A stretch of DNA of 64,000 nt. It comes from Methanofastidiosum sp. (GTDB lineage: Archaea; Methanobacteriota_B; Thermococci; Methanofastidiosales; Methanofastidiosaceae). Each line of letters starts with the position of its first letter. Position 1 is the stretch's first letter. The notes beneath the pieces are model-generated. The model made no database searches and had not been told where the DNA came from. It saw only the letters and a program-made list of their open reading frames with translations. The stretch covers positions 29,151 through 93,150 of the forward strand of contig DAOSDU010000006.1 of NCBI GenBank assembly GCA_035362715.1. The letters are read 5' to 3'. The translations under genes and the position numbers were made by a program. This document shows, piece after piece, positions 20,144 to 30,143 of the stretch.

Positions 20144-21340
20144 CTATAAAAATCCATCTAAACTAGATTGATTATTCTTCTTTTTATTTAGATGCACCTT
20201 ACCGTACATCCCCCCTCCGCCTGGTTCTATATAGATATTGCCTTCTCTGAAATCAACTATTGCCTGAGCAACTTTTTCACCGGCGACTTTTTCTATTTCC
20301 TCTCTCGGGGTAACAATAAGAACATTTATCTCATTTTTGAATGACTGAACCAATATCTTCCAGAGATCTTGGACTTTTTTTGAATTTACTGAAGCAAGGC
20401 CAAGTGTCTGAACTAAAATTTCTGCGAGAGGAATAGTTTTGATGTATTTAGGTCTGTGTTCGGGATGAGTAACTTCTTGATCATGCAATTCTTTTATTCT
20501 ATCTGCAACGCCTTTTTTTATCAGACCTCCACAACTACACCTGTTCTTTATTTCGATTGCATTTTCAATTGTGTATTTTTTATAGCATCTTGTACATGCG
20601 GTCATGTGGTATTTTCCAAGATCAGGATCTATACCGACATTTAGAACAAATTCATTTCCTCCACGTCTTTTAATGGCCTTAATTATTTCATCGTAGTTAT
20701 TGTCCTTTACCTTTAGTCTGTTGAATTCTCTACCAATTCTATGCGGCCATGGCGAATGGGCATCTGAGTTGGTCATGAACGTGACATCTTTCAACTCCGA
20801 TATACAGTCAGCCATCTGAGCATCAGCAGAAAGGCCAAGTTCAAGGAAAGGTATATTTTTAGTCTTATAGCACTCTTCAAGGGAATCATATTCTTTGTAT
20901 ATTGAAGTCCATGGAGTAAAAGCATGAGATGGCCCAATTAATCCATCTATTTTGTTGACTATGTCTAAGAGCTGGTCTCCTCCCAGGTTTATATTGCATC
21001 TTCCATCAGTGTCTATATTTGGGGATTTATCTTTTATTATATTACGAAACTCTTCAACAGATGATAGAGAAGGGAATAAAATGACGTGGTGGACTCTCCT
21101 TTGATCTTCTACTTCTGTAGTCAGGATGAATCTCATCCCACTTTTATGCTCAAATGTACCATCATCTATTTTGGTTACTGAAGAAACAAAATGATTAAGC
21201 CAGTTCTTATTGAGGCAATCCCCAGACCCTATTGTGTTTAATCCCTTAAATTTTGACTGTTCTGCAATAACAGGGATTTCCATGTTATTGGAAGTACCTC
21301 CAGAATACATTGAATGAATATGAAAATCGACATTTATCAT
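20144..21340 (-). CDS. PHP-domain metal-dependent phosphoesterase family protein
   Basis: N-terminal VDFHIHSMYSGG characteristic of PHP domain; C-terminal Cys cluster. Confidence 0.55.
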   Translation of the reverse strand: MINVDFHIHSMYSGGTSNNMEIPVIAEQSKFKGLNTIGSGDCLNKNWLNHFVSSVTKIDDGTFEHKSGMRFILTTEVEDQRRVHHVILFPSLSSVEEFRNIIKDKSPNIDTDGRCNINLGGDQLLDIVNKIDGLIGPSHAFTPWTSIYKEYDSLEECYKTKNIPFLELGLSADAQMADCISELKDVTFMTNSDAHSPWPHRIGREFNRLKVKDNNYDEIIKAIKRRGGNEFVLNVGIDPDLGKYHMTACTRCYKKYTIENAIEIKNRCSCGGLIKKGVADRIKELHDQEVTHPEHRPKYIKTIPLAEILVQTLGLASVNSKKVQDLWKILVQSFKNEINVLIVTPREEIEKVAGEKVAQAIVDFREGNIYIEPGGGGMYGKVHLNKKKNNQSSLDGFL

Positions 21341-21432
21341 AAAATAATATTAATTATTGCTCTTATAACGTTTATTTATGTGGATTAAATACCACAGATA
21401 ATCTTAAAAGAATGCCTAAATCTTAGATTTAT

Positions 21433-22362
21433 ATGGACGTTTTTGATGTTGCTATTCTTGGAGGGGGGCCAGCTGGGATTTCAGCAGGCATTTATGCTGC
21501 AAGATTTAAATTAAATGCTGTTGTGATATCTAATTCTTTGGGCGGTACTGCACAGACTGCACATCTCATAGAAAATTATCCTGGTTTTGGAGTAATATCT
21601 GGTTTTGAATTGATGCAGAAATTTAAAGATCATCTAAAAAGTTTTGAGATCCCTGTGATAGAAAAACATGTTTATTCTGCAAGTAAAGAAAATGACATAT
21701 TCACAATAAAATTAACAGATGAAGAAGTAAAAGCAAAATGCATTCTTATTGCAACAGGTACTAAAAGAAGAAAGCTGGGAGTTCCTGGAGAAGCTCAGTT
21801 TTATGGAAAAGGGGTAAGCTACTGCGTTACATGTGACGCCTTTTTCTACAGGGATAAGACTGTGGCTGTTGTTGGAGGAAGTGATGCGGCAAATATGGCC
21901 GCTATACTTCTTGCTTCAATGGCAAAAAAAGTTTATGTTATTTATAGAAAAGAAAAGCTAAGAGGGGAATTAGTCTGGATTGAGAGAGTTATAACAAATC
22001 CAAAGATTGAAGTTTTGTACAATTCCAATGTTGTTGAGATAACAGGTAAAGAGTTTGTTGAGGGAGTAAAGTTGGAGGATGGAAGAGAAATTTCCGTAGA
22101 CGGTGTATTTGTTGAGATTGGTTCAATACCAGAATGTTGTTGTGCAAATGATCTTGGAATTGAAATAACTCAAAAAGGTTACATCCAAGTAGACGCTTCA
22201 CAGAAAACTAATGTGGATGGAGTTTATGCTGCTGGGGACGTGACATCTGGGTCTAATGGATTTCAGCAAATTGTTACTGCTGCAAGTGAAGGAGTAATTG
22301 CAATAAAAAGTATTTTTGATGATATGGAAAAGTCAAAGGTGACGCTATGGAAAAAAGAATAA
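21433..22362 (+). CDS. trxB: Thioredoxin reductase (FAD/NAD(P)-dependent)
   Basis: AILGGGPAG FAD motif, redox-active CVTCDA, second Rossmann GGSDAA; 309 aa. Confidence 0.85.
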   Translation: MDVFDVAILGGGPAGISAGIYAARFKLNAVVISNSLGGTAQTAHLIENYPGFGVISGFELMQKFKDHLKSFEIPVIEKHVYSASKENDIFTIKLTDEEVKAKCILIATGTKRRKLGVPGEAQFYGKGVSYCVTCDAFFYRDKTVAVVGGSDAANMAAILLASMAKKVYVIYRKEKLRGELVWIERVITNPKIEVLYNSNVVEITGKEFVEGVKLEDGREISVDGVFVEIGSIPECCCANDLGIEITQKGYIQVDASQKTNVDGVYAAGDVTSGSNGFQQIVTAASEGVIAIKSIFDDMEKSKVTLWKKE

Positions 22363-23069
22363 AAGTTATTATTATTAGTTTAATGCTAATCGGTACTTTG
22401 TTAATGGCAGGATGCAACGAAGCTAATCCCGATAAAGTACTTTCTGAATCAGATAAAACTGAAATAAAGAAAATGCTAGCTAATATGGACGGCAAAGTGG
22501 ACATCTTATTATTTACATCAGCATCAGGCTGTTTCAGTTGCTCTAAAACTGAAACACTTATGAAAGAGTTTGATCAGCTTTCTGATAAAATATCACTGAA
22601 AGTTTATGACACTGATAAAAATAAGGATATGGCTACAAAATATGATATTGAATTAGTTCCAGCAATAGTTGTAATTGGAAAAGAAGATTATGGAATTAAA
22701 CATTATGGATTCCCAGGAGGGAAGGAATTTAATCCACTCCTTGAAGCTATCATTAGCTCATCAATGGAGGGTCCAAAAGTATCCGAAGAAATTGGAAAAA
22801 AAATAAATACTATCAGTAATCCCGTTGAAGTAAAGATTTTTGTTACTCCAACTTGTCCTTCTTGCCCCGATATGGTAAGAGGTGCATATTACTATTCACT
22901 TGTTTCAGACAAAGTATCCACAGTTACGATTATGTCAAACGAGTTTGAAGAATACAGCAAAAATTATAAGATTAATGCAGTTCCAACAATAGTCTTTAAT
23001 GAAGGATTTAGTAAAGAGGGACCAATGGCAGAGGAAACATTTGTCAATTATCTTGTAGTGTCTTCTTAG
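22347..23069 (+). CDS. Exported lipoprotein with two thioredoxin-fold (glutaredoxin-like) domains
   Basis: Signal/lipobox LLMAGC; two CxxC motifs (CFSC, CPSC) in Trx-like context. Confidence 0.55.
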   Translation: MEKRIKVIIISLMLIGTLLMAGCNEANPDKVLSESDKTEIKKMLANMDGKVDILLFTSASGCFSCSKTETLMKEFDQLSDKISLKVYDTDKNKDMATKYDIELVPAIVVIGKEDYGIKHYGFPGGKEFNPLLEAIISSSMEGPKVSEEIGKKINTISNPVEVKIFVTPTCPSCPDMVRGAYYYSLVSDKVSTVTIMSNEFEEYSKNYKINAVPTIVFNEGFSKEGPMAEETFVNYLVVSS

Positions 23070-23076
23070 GTGGAGG

Positions 23077-23727
23077 ATGAATATGAAAAGAATATTAGTT
23101 ATAATTATAGGAATGCTAATATTATTTGCTGGCTGTACTTCTCAGCCAAACACGAACACAAATAATAATACGAACAATGATAATAATCAAACTAATGGAA
23201 CTCAGACAAAAACACTTTACGAACAAGTAGCAGAAGAAGCTATTTGCCCATGCAGCACGCTTTTTAATTTAAAAGACTGTAAACAATATTTCCCAGATTG
23301 CCAGTATACCCTAATCGTTGATGCTACTATAAATAACATGATTTCCGAGGGTAAAACAAAAGACCAGATACTGAAAGCTGTTGATCAATACAATACTGGG
23401 ATAATTGAAGGAAAATTAAACGAATTCAGAAGATCACAAGATGAAAATAGGGTAATAGTACTTTATTTCAAATCTTCACTTTGTGAAATATGCCATGAGA
23501 AAGAGCCAGTTTTAGATGAAATAAAGGAAAAATACAAGGAAAAGATTGATATTTACGAATTTGATAGGATAAATGACGGAGTAATATTCGACTATTTTGT
23601 TGTTGATAGAATCCCAAGTATAGTCTTTTTTGACGGAAAATCAAGACTTAATGAGGTTCCTTTTAACAACATCAGCGTTGATGGAATAAGTTCATTATTA
23701 GATTTTACATTAGATAAAAAGAAATGA
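23077..23727 (+). CDS. Exported lipoprotein with thioredoxin-like domain
   Basis: Lipobox LFAGC, Asn/Thr-rich linker, CEIC CxxC motif in Trx-like segment. Confidence 0.5.
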   Translation: MNMKRILVIIIGMLILFAGCTSQPNTNTNNNTNNDNNQTNGTQTKTLYEQVAEEAICPCSTLFNLKDCKQYFPDCQYTLIVDATINNMISEGKTKDQILKAVDQYNTGIIEGKLNEFRRSQDENRVIVLYFKSSLCEICHEKEPVLDEIKEKYKEKIDIYEFDRINDGVIFDYFVVDRIPSIVFFDGKSRLNEVPFNNISVDGISSLLDFTLDKKK

Positions 23728-23780
23728 GCAACAATGGTTGATACCCAAATACTTTTAAATATCACTATTGTTAATAGGAT

Positions 23781-24296
23781 GTGATAAAGATGAAGATAGT
23801 TAGTATTATCGCCTTTATAATGGCGTTTGTACTTCTTATTTCGGGTATCTATGGACTCAATATTGGGCCAGTTTCGCTTGAAGGTCGGCAGTATCAACAG
23901 GCAAATCAAATTGGGTCTTATATTTGTCTATCCTGTATTGGTCTGACGGGAAGCACGGTCAGCCATACATTAACTGATGATACCATTAATAGATTAAAAA
24001 AAATCGATTACCCTGTTAAAATATGGGTTTTTACATCAAACGATTGCCCAACTTGCCCTGATGCAAAGGCCATAATACTTAATTTCACTGTTGAAAATCC
24101 CAACATATCTTTTGAAGAGATTAAACTTGAAACTCAAGGCCAATTTTTTGATACATATGCCGTATCTGAACTTCCCTCAGTTATTTTCTTTAATAAAGAC
24201 GGTATTGTTCTAAGGAAAGATAATTTTGTACATAAGGTCGTAGGAATAGACAAATTGCAGGAGAGAGTAATAGAAGCAATTGAAATGGTGAGTTGA
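23781..24296 (+). CDS. Membrane-anchored thioredoxin-like protein
   Basis: N-terminal TM helix; CPTC CxxC motif in Trx-like context. Confidence 0.5.
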   Translation: MIKMKIVSIIAFIMAFVLLISGIYGLNIGPVSLEGRQYQQANQIGSYICLSCIGLTGSTVSHTLTDDTINRLKKIDYPVKIWVFTSNDCPTCPDAKAIILNFTVENPNISFEEIKLETQGQFFDTYAVSELPSVIFFNKDGIVLRKDNFVHKVVGIDKLQERVIEAIEMVS

Positions 24297-26377
24297 TGGG
24301 CAAAATAAAACGTATTAGGACTATTTCCCAATCACTTTCTTTGATTCTAATAAATCTTGGTTTCCTTGGGATTTTTTTAAAGCATCTTACAGTTCCAGCT
24401 TTCAATTGTTATGCTTGCCCCTGGGCCACAATAAGCTGCCCCATAGGATTATTGCAGAATTTTGTAATGAACGGACAAGTCCCGACATATGTTTTGGGAA
24501 CAATGGGTGCCGTATTTGTATTCGTTGGAAGTGCTTTCTGTGGATGGGTTTGCCCTTTTGGTTTTTTCCAAGACGCAATTGACTTTGTTAAAAATATATT
24601 TAAAAGGAAAGATAAAAAACCAAGAAAAAAGTCTCAAGCAAAGAATAATTCAAAAGATTTTTCTCTAATAAGTAGATTGATAGTTCTTGTAGCTACTTTA
24701 GTTCTTGCTATAAGATATGTTGATACCATATTCTGTAAATTATGCCCAATAGGAACAATAGAAGCAACTTTTCCATATCAGATTGCTAATGGATTTTCGT
24801 ATAATATCTGGCTAGGGGCCAGGATTGGTATACTTATATTCTTAATAATAATGTTCTTCCTTATTAGCAGATTCTGGTGCAGGTATCTATGCCCCATAGG
24901 TGCTCTGGCCGGACCTTCTAATAAGATAAGTCTTCTAAAGTTATATCACAACGGCGATAATTGTAATGGATGTAATATATGTAAAGATGTATGCCCCCTA
25001 GACATAGATGTTGTAAAAGACCTAAACTCGACAAGATGCACAAGATGTGCAGATTGTGTTGATAAATGTCCAAAGGGTCATCTGGCATTTGGTCTTGATA
25101 TATTTGGCCTTGTTGCAATTTCTCCTTTTAAAAAGAAAAAGCCAAAAGTAGTTGAAAAGAAACTTGTTACACCATCAACAGAAGGCATTCCTGGTGCAGA
25201 AACACCAAAAGACTCAGAAGCGATCCCGCCTGAAGAGGAAGTTGATGTACTAGATGAATTCAAATACAGAGAAAAGGGCACACTTGTTGAGAGGCCTGCA
25301 TATATGGGATTCAAAAAAGGGGAGAGAGTATATCTACCTTATGAAGAAGTAAAAAAGATAGGTGTTAGGCCACCTAAAACTTCATTGTCTGTTCTTTTGA
25401 AACAGTATTCCGAAGGGCGCCTAGCTGAAGATTACGATACTCCTGAAGCTTTTGTAGAAGAAAAGATAGAGGAAAAACTGAAAGATGTTCCTAAATCAAT
25501 TCCAAAGGAAGAAGTAGATAGAAAACATTTTGAAAAGTTTAGGATTCCAAAAAGAACAGAATTACATTTAGAGCATCTAAAATATTTACAAGAACTCGAT
25601 GTACCTATGGACGTAAAAGCGATAGCAAATAACAGCAATGAAGTTCCTGCCGTATTACTTGCTATTGTTGATGCGTCTGATAAGATTAACTTCGAGTATA
25701 TCAATGCAAGAGACAAAAGAGCAGAATGGTACTATCAGGATAATCTACCTTCTGTCTATATCAATGGAAAATATTACAATGGATCATTTTCTGAAGATGA
25801 ATTAATTTACAAGATAAAAACTGAAAGATATATAATTGAAAATGTCAGCCTGATAATTGATTATACAAAATGTATTGGATGCAATGCTCAGAGCTGTAAA
25901 AAATCATGTGATATTTTCAAGAAGATTCCAATATTGGACGAAGGGTATGGGGTATACCCCCTTTCAAACATTGGGTGCTCTCTTTGTGGGAAGTGCATCA
26001 TAGAATGTGATAGAGGCGGAGTTTCTTTTATCTTTGGAGAAAAACTTGTAACAGATCCCAACTTCAGTATCGAAATGATTAAGAAAAATAATGAACTAAT
26101 TTCAACAATCTACCCTGAAACAGTTTTGCTGTTCCTTGAAAAGAATAAGAAGCATTCAAATAGGGCACTTAATTTCACAATTGCATTATCATACCTTTCA
26201 CATGGTAAACTTTCATATCAAATAGTTGACGTTGCTAAAAATCAGGAAGCAGTTTTAAAGCGAAAGATTGGAGCAATACCGTGCTTTTGGGTATCAGACA
26301 ACGTGCAAATTGCAGGTATGGTTTCTGAAGCATCAATATTAGCATTTATACGAAAGATCTCAAAGTGGAAAGGATGA
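24293..26377 (+). CDS. NapH/MauN-family polyferredoxin integral membrane protein with additional C-terminal Fe-S and thioredoxin-like domains
   Basis: Repeated CxxCP motifs in TM context (CYACPW, CGWVCPFG, CRYLCPIG), ferredoxin CxxCxxCxxxCP motifs (CNGCNICKDVCP, CTRCADCVDKCP, CIGCNAQSCKKSCD, CSLCGKCIIECD). Confidence 0.65.
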   Translation: MMGKIKRIRTISQSLSLILINLGFLGIFLKHLTVPAFNCYACPWATISCPIGLLQNFVMNGQVPTYVLGTMGAVFVFVGSAFCGWVCPFGFFQDAIDFVKNIFKRKDKKPRKKSQAKNNSKDFSLISRLIVLVATLVLAIRYVDTIFCKLCPIGTIEATFPYQIANGFSYNIWLGARIGILIFLIIMFFLISRFWCRYLCPIGALAGPSNKISLLKLYHNGDNCNGCNICKDVCPLDIDVVKDLNSTRCTRCADCVDKCPKGHLAFGLDIFGLVAISPFKKKKPKVVEKKLVTPSTEGIPGAETPKDSEAIPPEEEVDVLDEFKYREKGTLVERPAYMGFKKGERVYLPYEEVKKIGVRPPKTSLSVLLKQYSEGRLAEDYDTPEAFVEEKIEEKLKDVPKSIPKEEVDRKHFEKFRIPKRTELHLEHLKYLQELDVPMDVKAIANNSNEVPAVLLAIVDASDKINFEYINARDKRAEWYYQDNLPSVYINGKYYNGSFSEDELIYKIKTERYIIENVSLIIDYTKCIGCNAQSCKKSCDIFKKIPILDEGYGVYPLSNIGCSLCGKCIIECDRGGVSFIFGEKLVTDPNFSIEMIKKNNELISTIYPETVLLFLEKNKKHSNRALNFTIALSYLSHGKLSYQIVDVAKNQEAVLKRKIGAIPCFWVSDNVQIAGMVSEASILAFIRKISKWKG

Positions 26378-27141
26378 ATCTAGTTGAGTTGTTGATAGTT
26401 GGGGCTATTCAGGGATTTTTAGAATTTTTACCTGTTTCAAGTTCAGGAAATGTATCTTTAATACTCATGAATTTCTTAAAACTTACACCTTCTGAAAGTT
26501 TTTCTTTATCTATATTCCTCCATCTGGGCACTCTTCTTGCAGTATTAGTCTATTTTAGAAATGACATCATAAATATTTTAAAAAACATCAAGACTGATAA
26601 AACATCACATTTTTTGATAGTTTCTACTATTCTTACCGGAGTAGTGGGTGTTCCAATATACATCGTATTAAAATCTATTTTTGAAAACATTCAGCTAGAT
26701 ATTGGAAATATAATTATCGGCCTATTTCTTATTGCGACGGGGATTATCTTGAAGTATAGGTCAAAATCAGGATTTAAAAAGGTGGAAGATTCAAACATTT
26801 GGGATATGATAGTTGCCGGGGTGGCTCAGGGTATCTCTATAATACCTGGAATATCAAGATCCGGTTTTACTCTTGCAGCTTTGTTAGGGCGAGATTTTGA
26901 TAAAGAAGAGGCTTTAAGAATCTCTTTTTTAATGTCAATGCCAGCAATTATTGGTGGGATTATCTTAGAAGCAAATGACATTACATTAGTAGCAAATACT
27001 TATCCCGCATTAATTAGCGCATTTATTACATCTATTATAGTAATCAAGTTATTGTTAGAGTTTGCAAAAAGATTAAATTTTTCTTATTTTTGTATTGGGC
27101 TTGGGGCAATAACAGTGGTTATATCCTTACTTATTCTTTAA
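26365..27141 (+). CDS. uppP: Undecaprenyl-diphosphatase
   Basis: Motifs FLPVSSSG and PGISRSG; 8 TM; 258 aa. Confidence 0.85.
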   Translation: MERMNLVELLIVGAIQGFLEFLPVSSSGNVSLILMNFLKLTPSESFSLSIFLHLGTLLAVLVYFRNDIINILKNIKTDKTSHFLIVSTILTGVVGVPIYIVLKSIFENIQLDIGNIIIGLFLIATGIILKYRSKSGFKKVEDSNIWDMIVAGVAQGISIIPGISRSGFTLAALLGRDFDKEEALRISFLMSMPAIIGGIILEANDITLVANTYPALISAFITSIIVIKLLLEFAKRLNFSYFCIGLGAITVVISLLIL

Positions 27142-27882
27142 AATTAGATATATAATATCTCCAGATTTGAGGTTCAACATAGAGTTTGCATCTCCAAGAT
27201 ATTTTGATATTTCAAGATGACCTGATGAAGAGTATAAAGCAAGCAACTCTAGATTTTTTCCTTCTTCATAGTGAGTAAGAACTGGAATTCTAATATTGGA
27301 TAGCTCAATTTCTTTTATGTTTGCATCTTCTTTTTTCATATTTAGGATAATGTTCCCAAATGAATCCACGTACAAAACAGTTAGCAATGCGCAGTCTTTG
27401 CTAATTTCCTTCTTAAAAGGAAGACAAGTTATTTGATCTTTCTTTTCCAGAAAATCCGTATCGCCAATATCTATAAATGCGGCAGTTGGGGCAAATATAT
27501 CTCTGCCGTGAAAAGTATTAGAATAATTAGTAATTCCATATTCAAGTAATCTTTGATTCAGTTTGTTAACATTTATTTTGAAGACTTCGCCTTTTAGTAG
27601 GGAAAAAATACCATTGTCGGGCCCGACAAATGTATGGCCATCACAATTTAATACTATAGATTCTCTTTGACTTCCAACACCTGGATCAACTACAACAATA
27701 TGGATTGTTCCTTTGGGAAAATATGAATATGAACTAGATATCACAAATGCAGCGTCATATATCGACTGCCTTTTTATCTTATGAGTGATATCAATAATTT
27801 TAGCCTTGGGATTAATTTTGTAGATTGGGCCTTTGATTTGGCCGGCGTAAAAATCATCGAAATCAGTAGTCAATGAAATCAT
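27127..27882 (-). CDS. SAM hydroxide adenosyltransferase family protein (DUF62; fluorinase/chlorinase-like)
   Basis: N-terminal ISLTTDFDDFYAGQIKG, VVVDPGVGS, YVDSFGNIILN conserved motifs. Confidence 0.8.
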   Translation of the reverse strand: MISLTTDFDDFYAGQIKGPIYKINPKAKIIDITHKIKRQSIYDAAFVISSSYSYFPKGTIHIVVVDPGVGSQRESIVLNCDGHTFVGPDNGIFSLLKGEVFKINVNKLNQRLLEYGITNYSNTFHGRDIFAPTAAFIDIGDTDFLEKKDQITCLPFKKEISKDCALLTVLYVDSFGNIILNMKKEDANIKEIELSNIRIPVLTHYEEGKNLELLALYSSSGHLEISKYLGDANSMLNLKSGDIIYLILKNK

Positions 27883-28003
27883 GAATAAAATTATCTCCTG
27901 TACCTATTAAATTTATGTATATAAAAAAAGAATCTCGACCATTGTATAATCTAATTGCGAAACATTTAAATAAGTTAACTAATAGTTAAGTTATAGTGAA
28001 AGA

Positions 28004-28657
28004 ATGGCAACGACAGAAGAAATATTTGATATTCTAGGGAATCAAACAAGGAGAATGATACTTGAGATGCTAGCTACATCCCCTTGTTATACGACAGAGA
28101 TAGCTGAGAGGCTAGAAATCGGTCAAAAGGCCATTAATGAACATCTTAAGATAATGCAAGATCTAGGGCTAATAGATCTGTTTGTTTTAAAACAGAAAAG
28201 AGGAAGCCCCAGGAAATACTTTAAGATAAAAGACAATATAAGAATGGAGCTTTTTGTTGCACCAAGAGTGTTTGATGCATCTTTTAAAACTGAAGAAATT
28301 GATATGGAATCGATTTTTGAAAGATATCCAGAATACAAGTCCTTTTATGAAGAAATTAAGTTTGATTCGGAGATTAGAATAATTGGTAGGTTGAAAGAAA
28401 ATCTTGATTACCTCAAAAATGAATTAGTTGAAATTGATAATGCAAAAGCATTCATAGAAAGGTCTATTTCTGAAGTAAAGGAGACTATTTTAAAAACTAT
28501 AGAAGACCTTAATCTTAGAGAAAAAGAGAAAAAAGTTCTTATTGAGATTGTATTAAAAGAATCTTATTCTCCTCAAGGTATTGCTGATAGCTTAAACTTA
28601 GAATTAGAAGAAGTAGTTGATTCTATTAAAATACTTAGAGAAAAGGGAGTTTTATAG
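28004..28657 (+). CDS. Winged-helix (ArsR-like) transcriptional regulator with C-terminal coiled coil
   Basis: N-terminal ILGNQTRRMILEMLATSPCYTTEIAERLEIGQKAINEHLKIMQDLGLI HTH; heptad-rich C-terminus. Confidence 0.5.
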   Translation: MATTEEIFDILGNQTRRMILEMLATSPCYTTEIAERLEIGQKAINEHLKIMQDLGLIDLFVLKQKRGSPRKYFKIKDNIRMELFVAPRVFDASFKTEEIDMESIFERYPEYKSFYEEIKFDSEIRIIGRLKENLDYLKNELVEIDNAKAFIERSISEVKETILKTIEDLNLREKEKKVLIEIVLKESYSPQGIADSLNLELEEVVDSIKILREKGVL

Positions 28658-28703
28658 GATAATTTTTTATATTATCTTAATATAACTCCAGCAGGTGCTA
28701 TGA

Positions 28704-30143
28704 ATGGCCGAAGATCTTGGAGTTACCATTTCTAGAGATGAGGATTTTTCTGAATGGTACAATCAAATTGTTGTAAAAGCAGGTCTTGCTGATTATTCTC
28801 CCATTAAGGGATGTATGGTAATAAAACCATACGGTTATGCAATATGGGAAAGTATTAAGGATTTTCTTGACAAGAGAATAAAGAATACAGGTCATGAAAA
28901 TGCATATTTTCCCTTATTTATTCCTGAAGAATTTTTTGAGATGGAAAAAGAGCATGTTGAAGGATTCACACCTGAAGTTGCATGGGTGACTCATGGTGGG
29001 GACACACCTCTTGAAAGAAAACTTGCTATAAGGCCAACTTCTGAAACTATTATGTACTCAATGTATGCCAAATGGATAAGAAGCTGGCGCGACCTTCCTT
29101 TATTGATAAATCAATGGGCTAATGTAGTTAGATGGGAAACAAAAATGACGAAACTTTTCATAAGAACTAGGGAATTCTTATGGCAAGAGGGACACACTGC
29201 CCACGCTACAAAGGAAGAAGCTGAGGAAGAAGTAAAAAAAATGCTTGGTATTTATAGGGAAGTAATGGAAGATTTACTTGCAATCCCAACAATACCAGGG
29301 TATAAAACTGACAATGAAAAGTTTGCAGGTGCAGTCTACACTATGACTGTTGAATCCTTGATGGCGGATAAAAAGGCGATGCAGGCAGGTACGTCTCACC
29401 TTTTAGGCCAGCATTTCTCTAAAGCCTTTGGTATTATGTTTGAAGACAAGGATAAAGAAAAGAAGTACGTCTGGCAAACTTCGTGGGGAATGACCACTAG
29501 AACAGTAGGTACTCTTGTAATGGTCCACAGTGACAATAAAGGCCTTATATTACCGCCAAGAGCAGCCCCAATCAAGATCGTTATTGTGCCAATTATATTT
29601 AAAGATGGTAAAGAAGAAGTGATTGCACGATGCAAGGAAGTTCAAGAGTTACTTGGAAAGAAATACAAAGTAAAGTTAGACGACAGAGAAGGGTATACTG
29701 CAGGCTTTAAATTCAATGAATGGGAATTAAAAGGAATCCCAATTAGGATAGAGATAGGGCCACGAGATGTAAAAGAGAATAAAGTAGTTGTCGTAAGACG
29801 TGACAACGCCCAAAAAATCTTTTTGCATATGGACAATCTTGGCCAAGAAATAGACAGGATCCTTGAAGATATCCAGAACACTCTTTTCACAAATGCTAAA
29901 GAGTTTTTAGAAAAAAATACATTTTTACCTAAAGACTACAATGAATTATCGGATATACTAAACAATCAAAAAGGAATGGCAAAGATTAGCTGGTGCGAAA
30001 GGGGATGTTGCGAAGAAAAGATAAAAGACGAAACAGGCGCAACTTCTTGTTGCATACCTCTAGACCAGAATGGATTAGAGAAAAAATGCATTGTGTGCGG
30101 CCAAGAAGCAAAGAAAGTTATCCTGTTTGCCAAGCATTATTGA
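28704..30143 (+). CDS. proS: Prolyl-tRNA synthetase (archaeal/eukaryotic type)
   Basis: Class II core and C-terminal Zn-binding domain (CIVCG); 479 aa; conserved YxxxxRWE, GTSH motifs. Confidence 0.9.
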   Translation: MAEDLGVTISRDEDFSEWYNQIVVKAGLADYSPIKGCMVIKPYGYAIWESIKDFLDKRIKNTGHENAYFPLFIPEEFFEMEKEHVEGFTPEVAWVTHGGDTPLERKLAIRPTSETIMYSMYAKWIRSWRDLPLLINQWANVVRWETKMTKLFIRTREFLWQEGHTAHATKEEAEEEVKKMLGIYREVMEDLLAIPTIPGYKTDNEKFAGAVYTMTVESLMADKKAMQAGTSHLLGQHFSKAFGIMFEDKDKEKKYVWQTSWGMTTRTVGTLVMVHSDNKGLILPPRAAPIKIVIVPIIFKDGKEEVIARCKEVQELLGKKYKVKLDDREGYTAGFKFNEWELKGIPIRIEIGPRDVKENKVVVVRRDNAQKIFLHMDNLGQEIDRILEDIQNTLFTNAKEFLEKNTFLPKDYNELSDILNNQKGMAKISWCERGCCEEKIKDETGATSCCIPLDQNGLEKKCIVCGQEAKKVILFAKHY

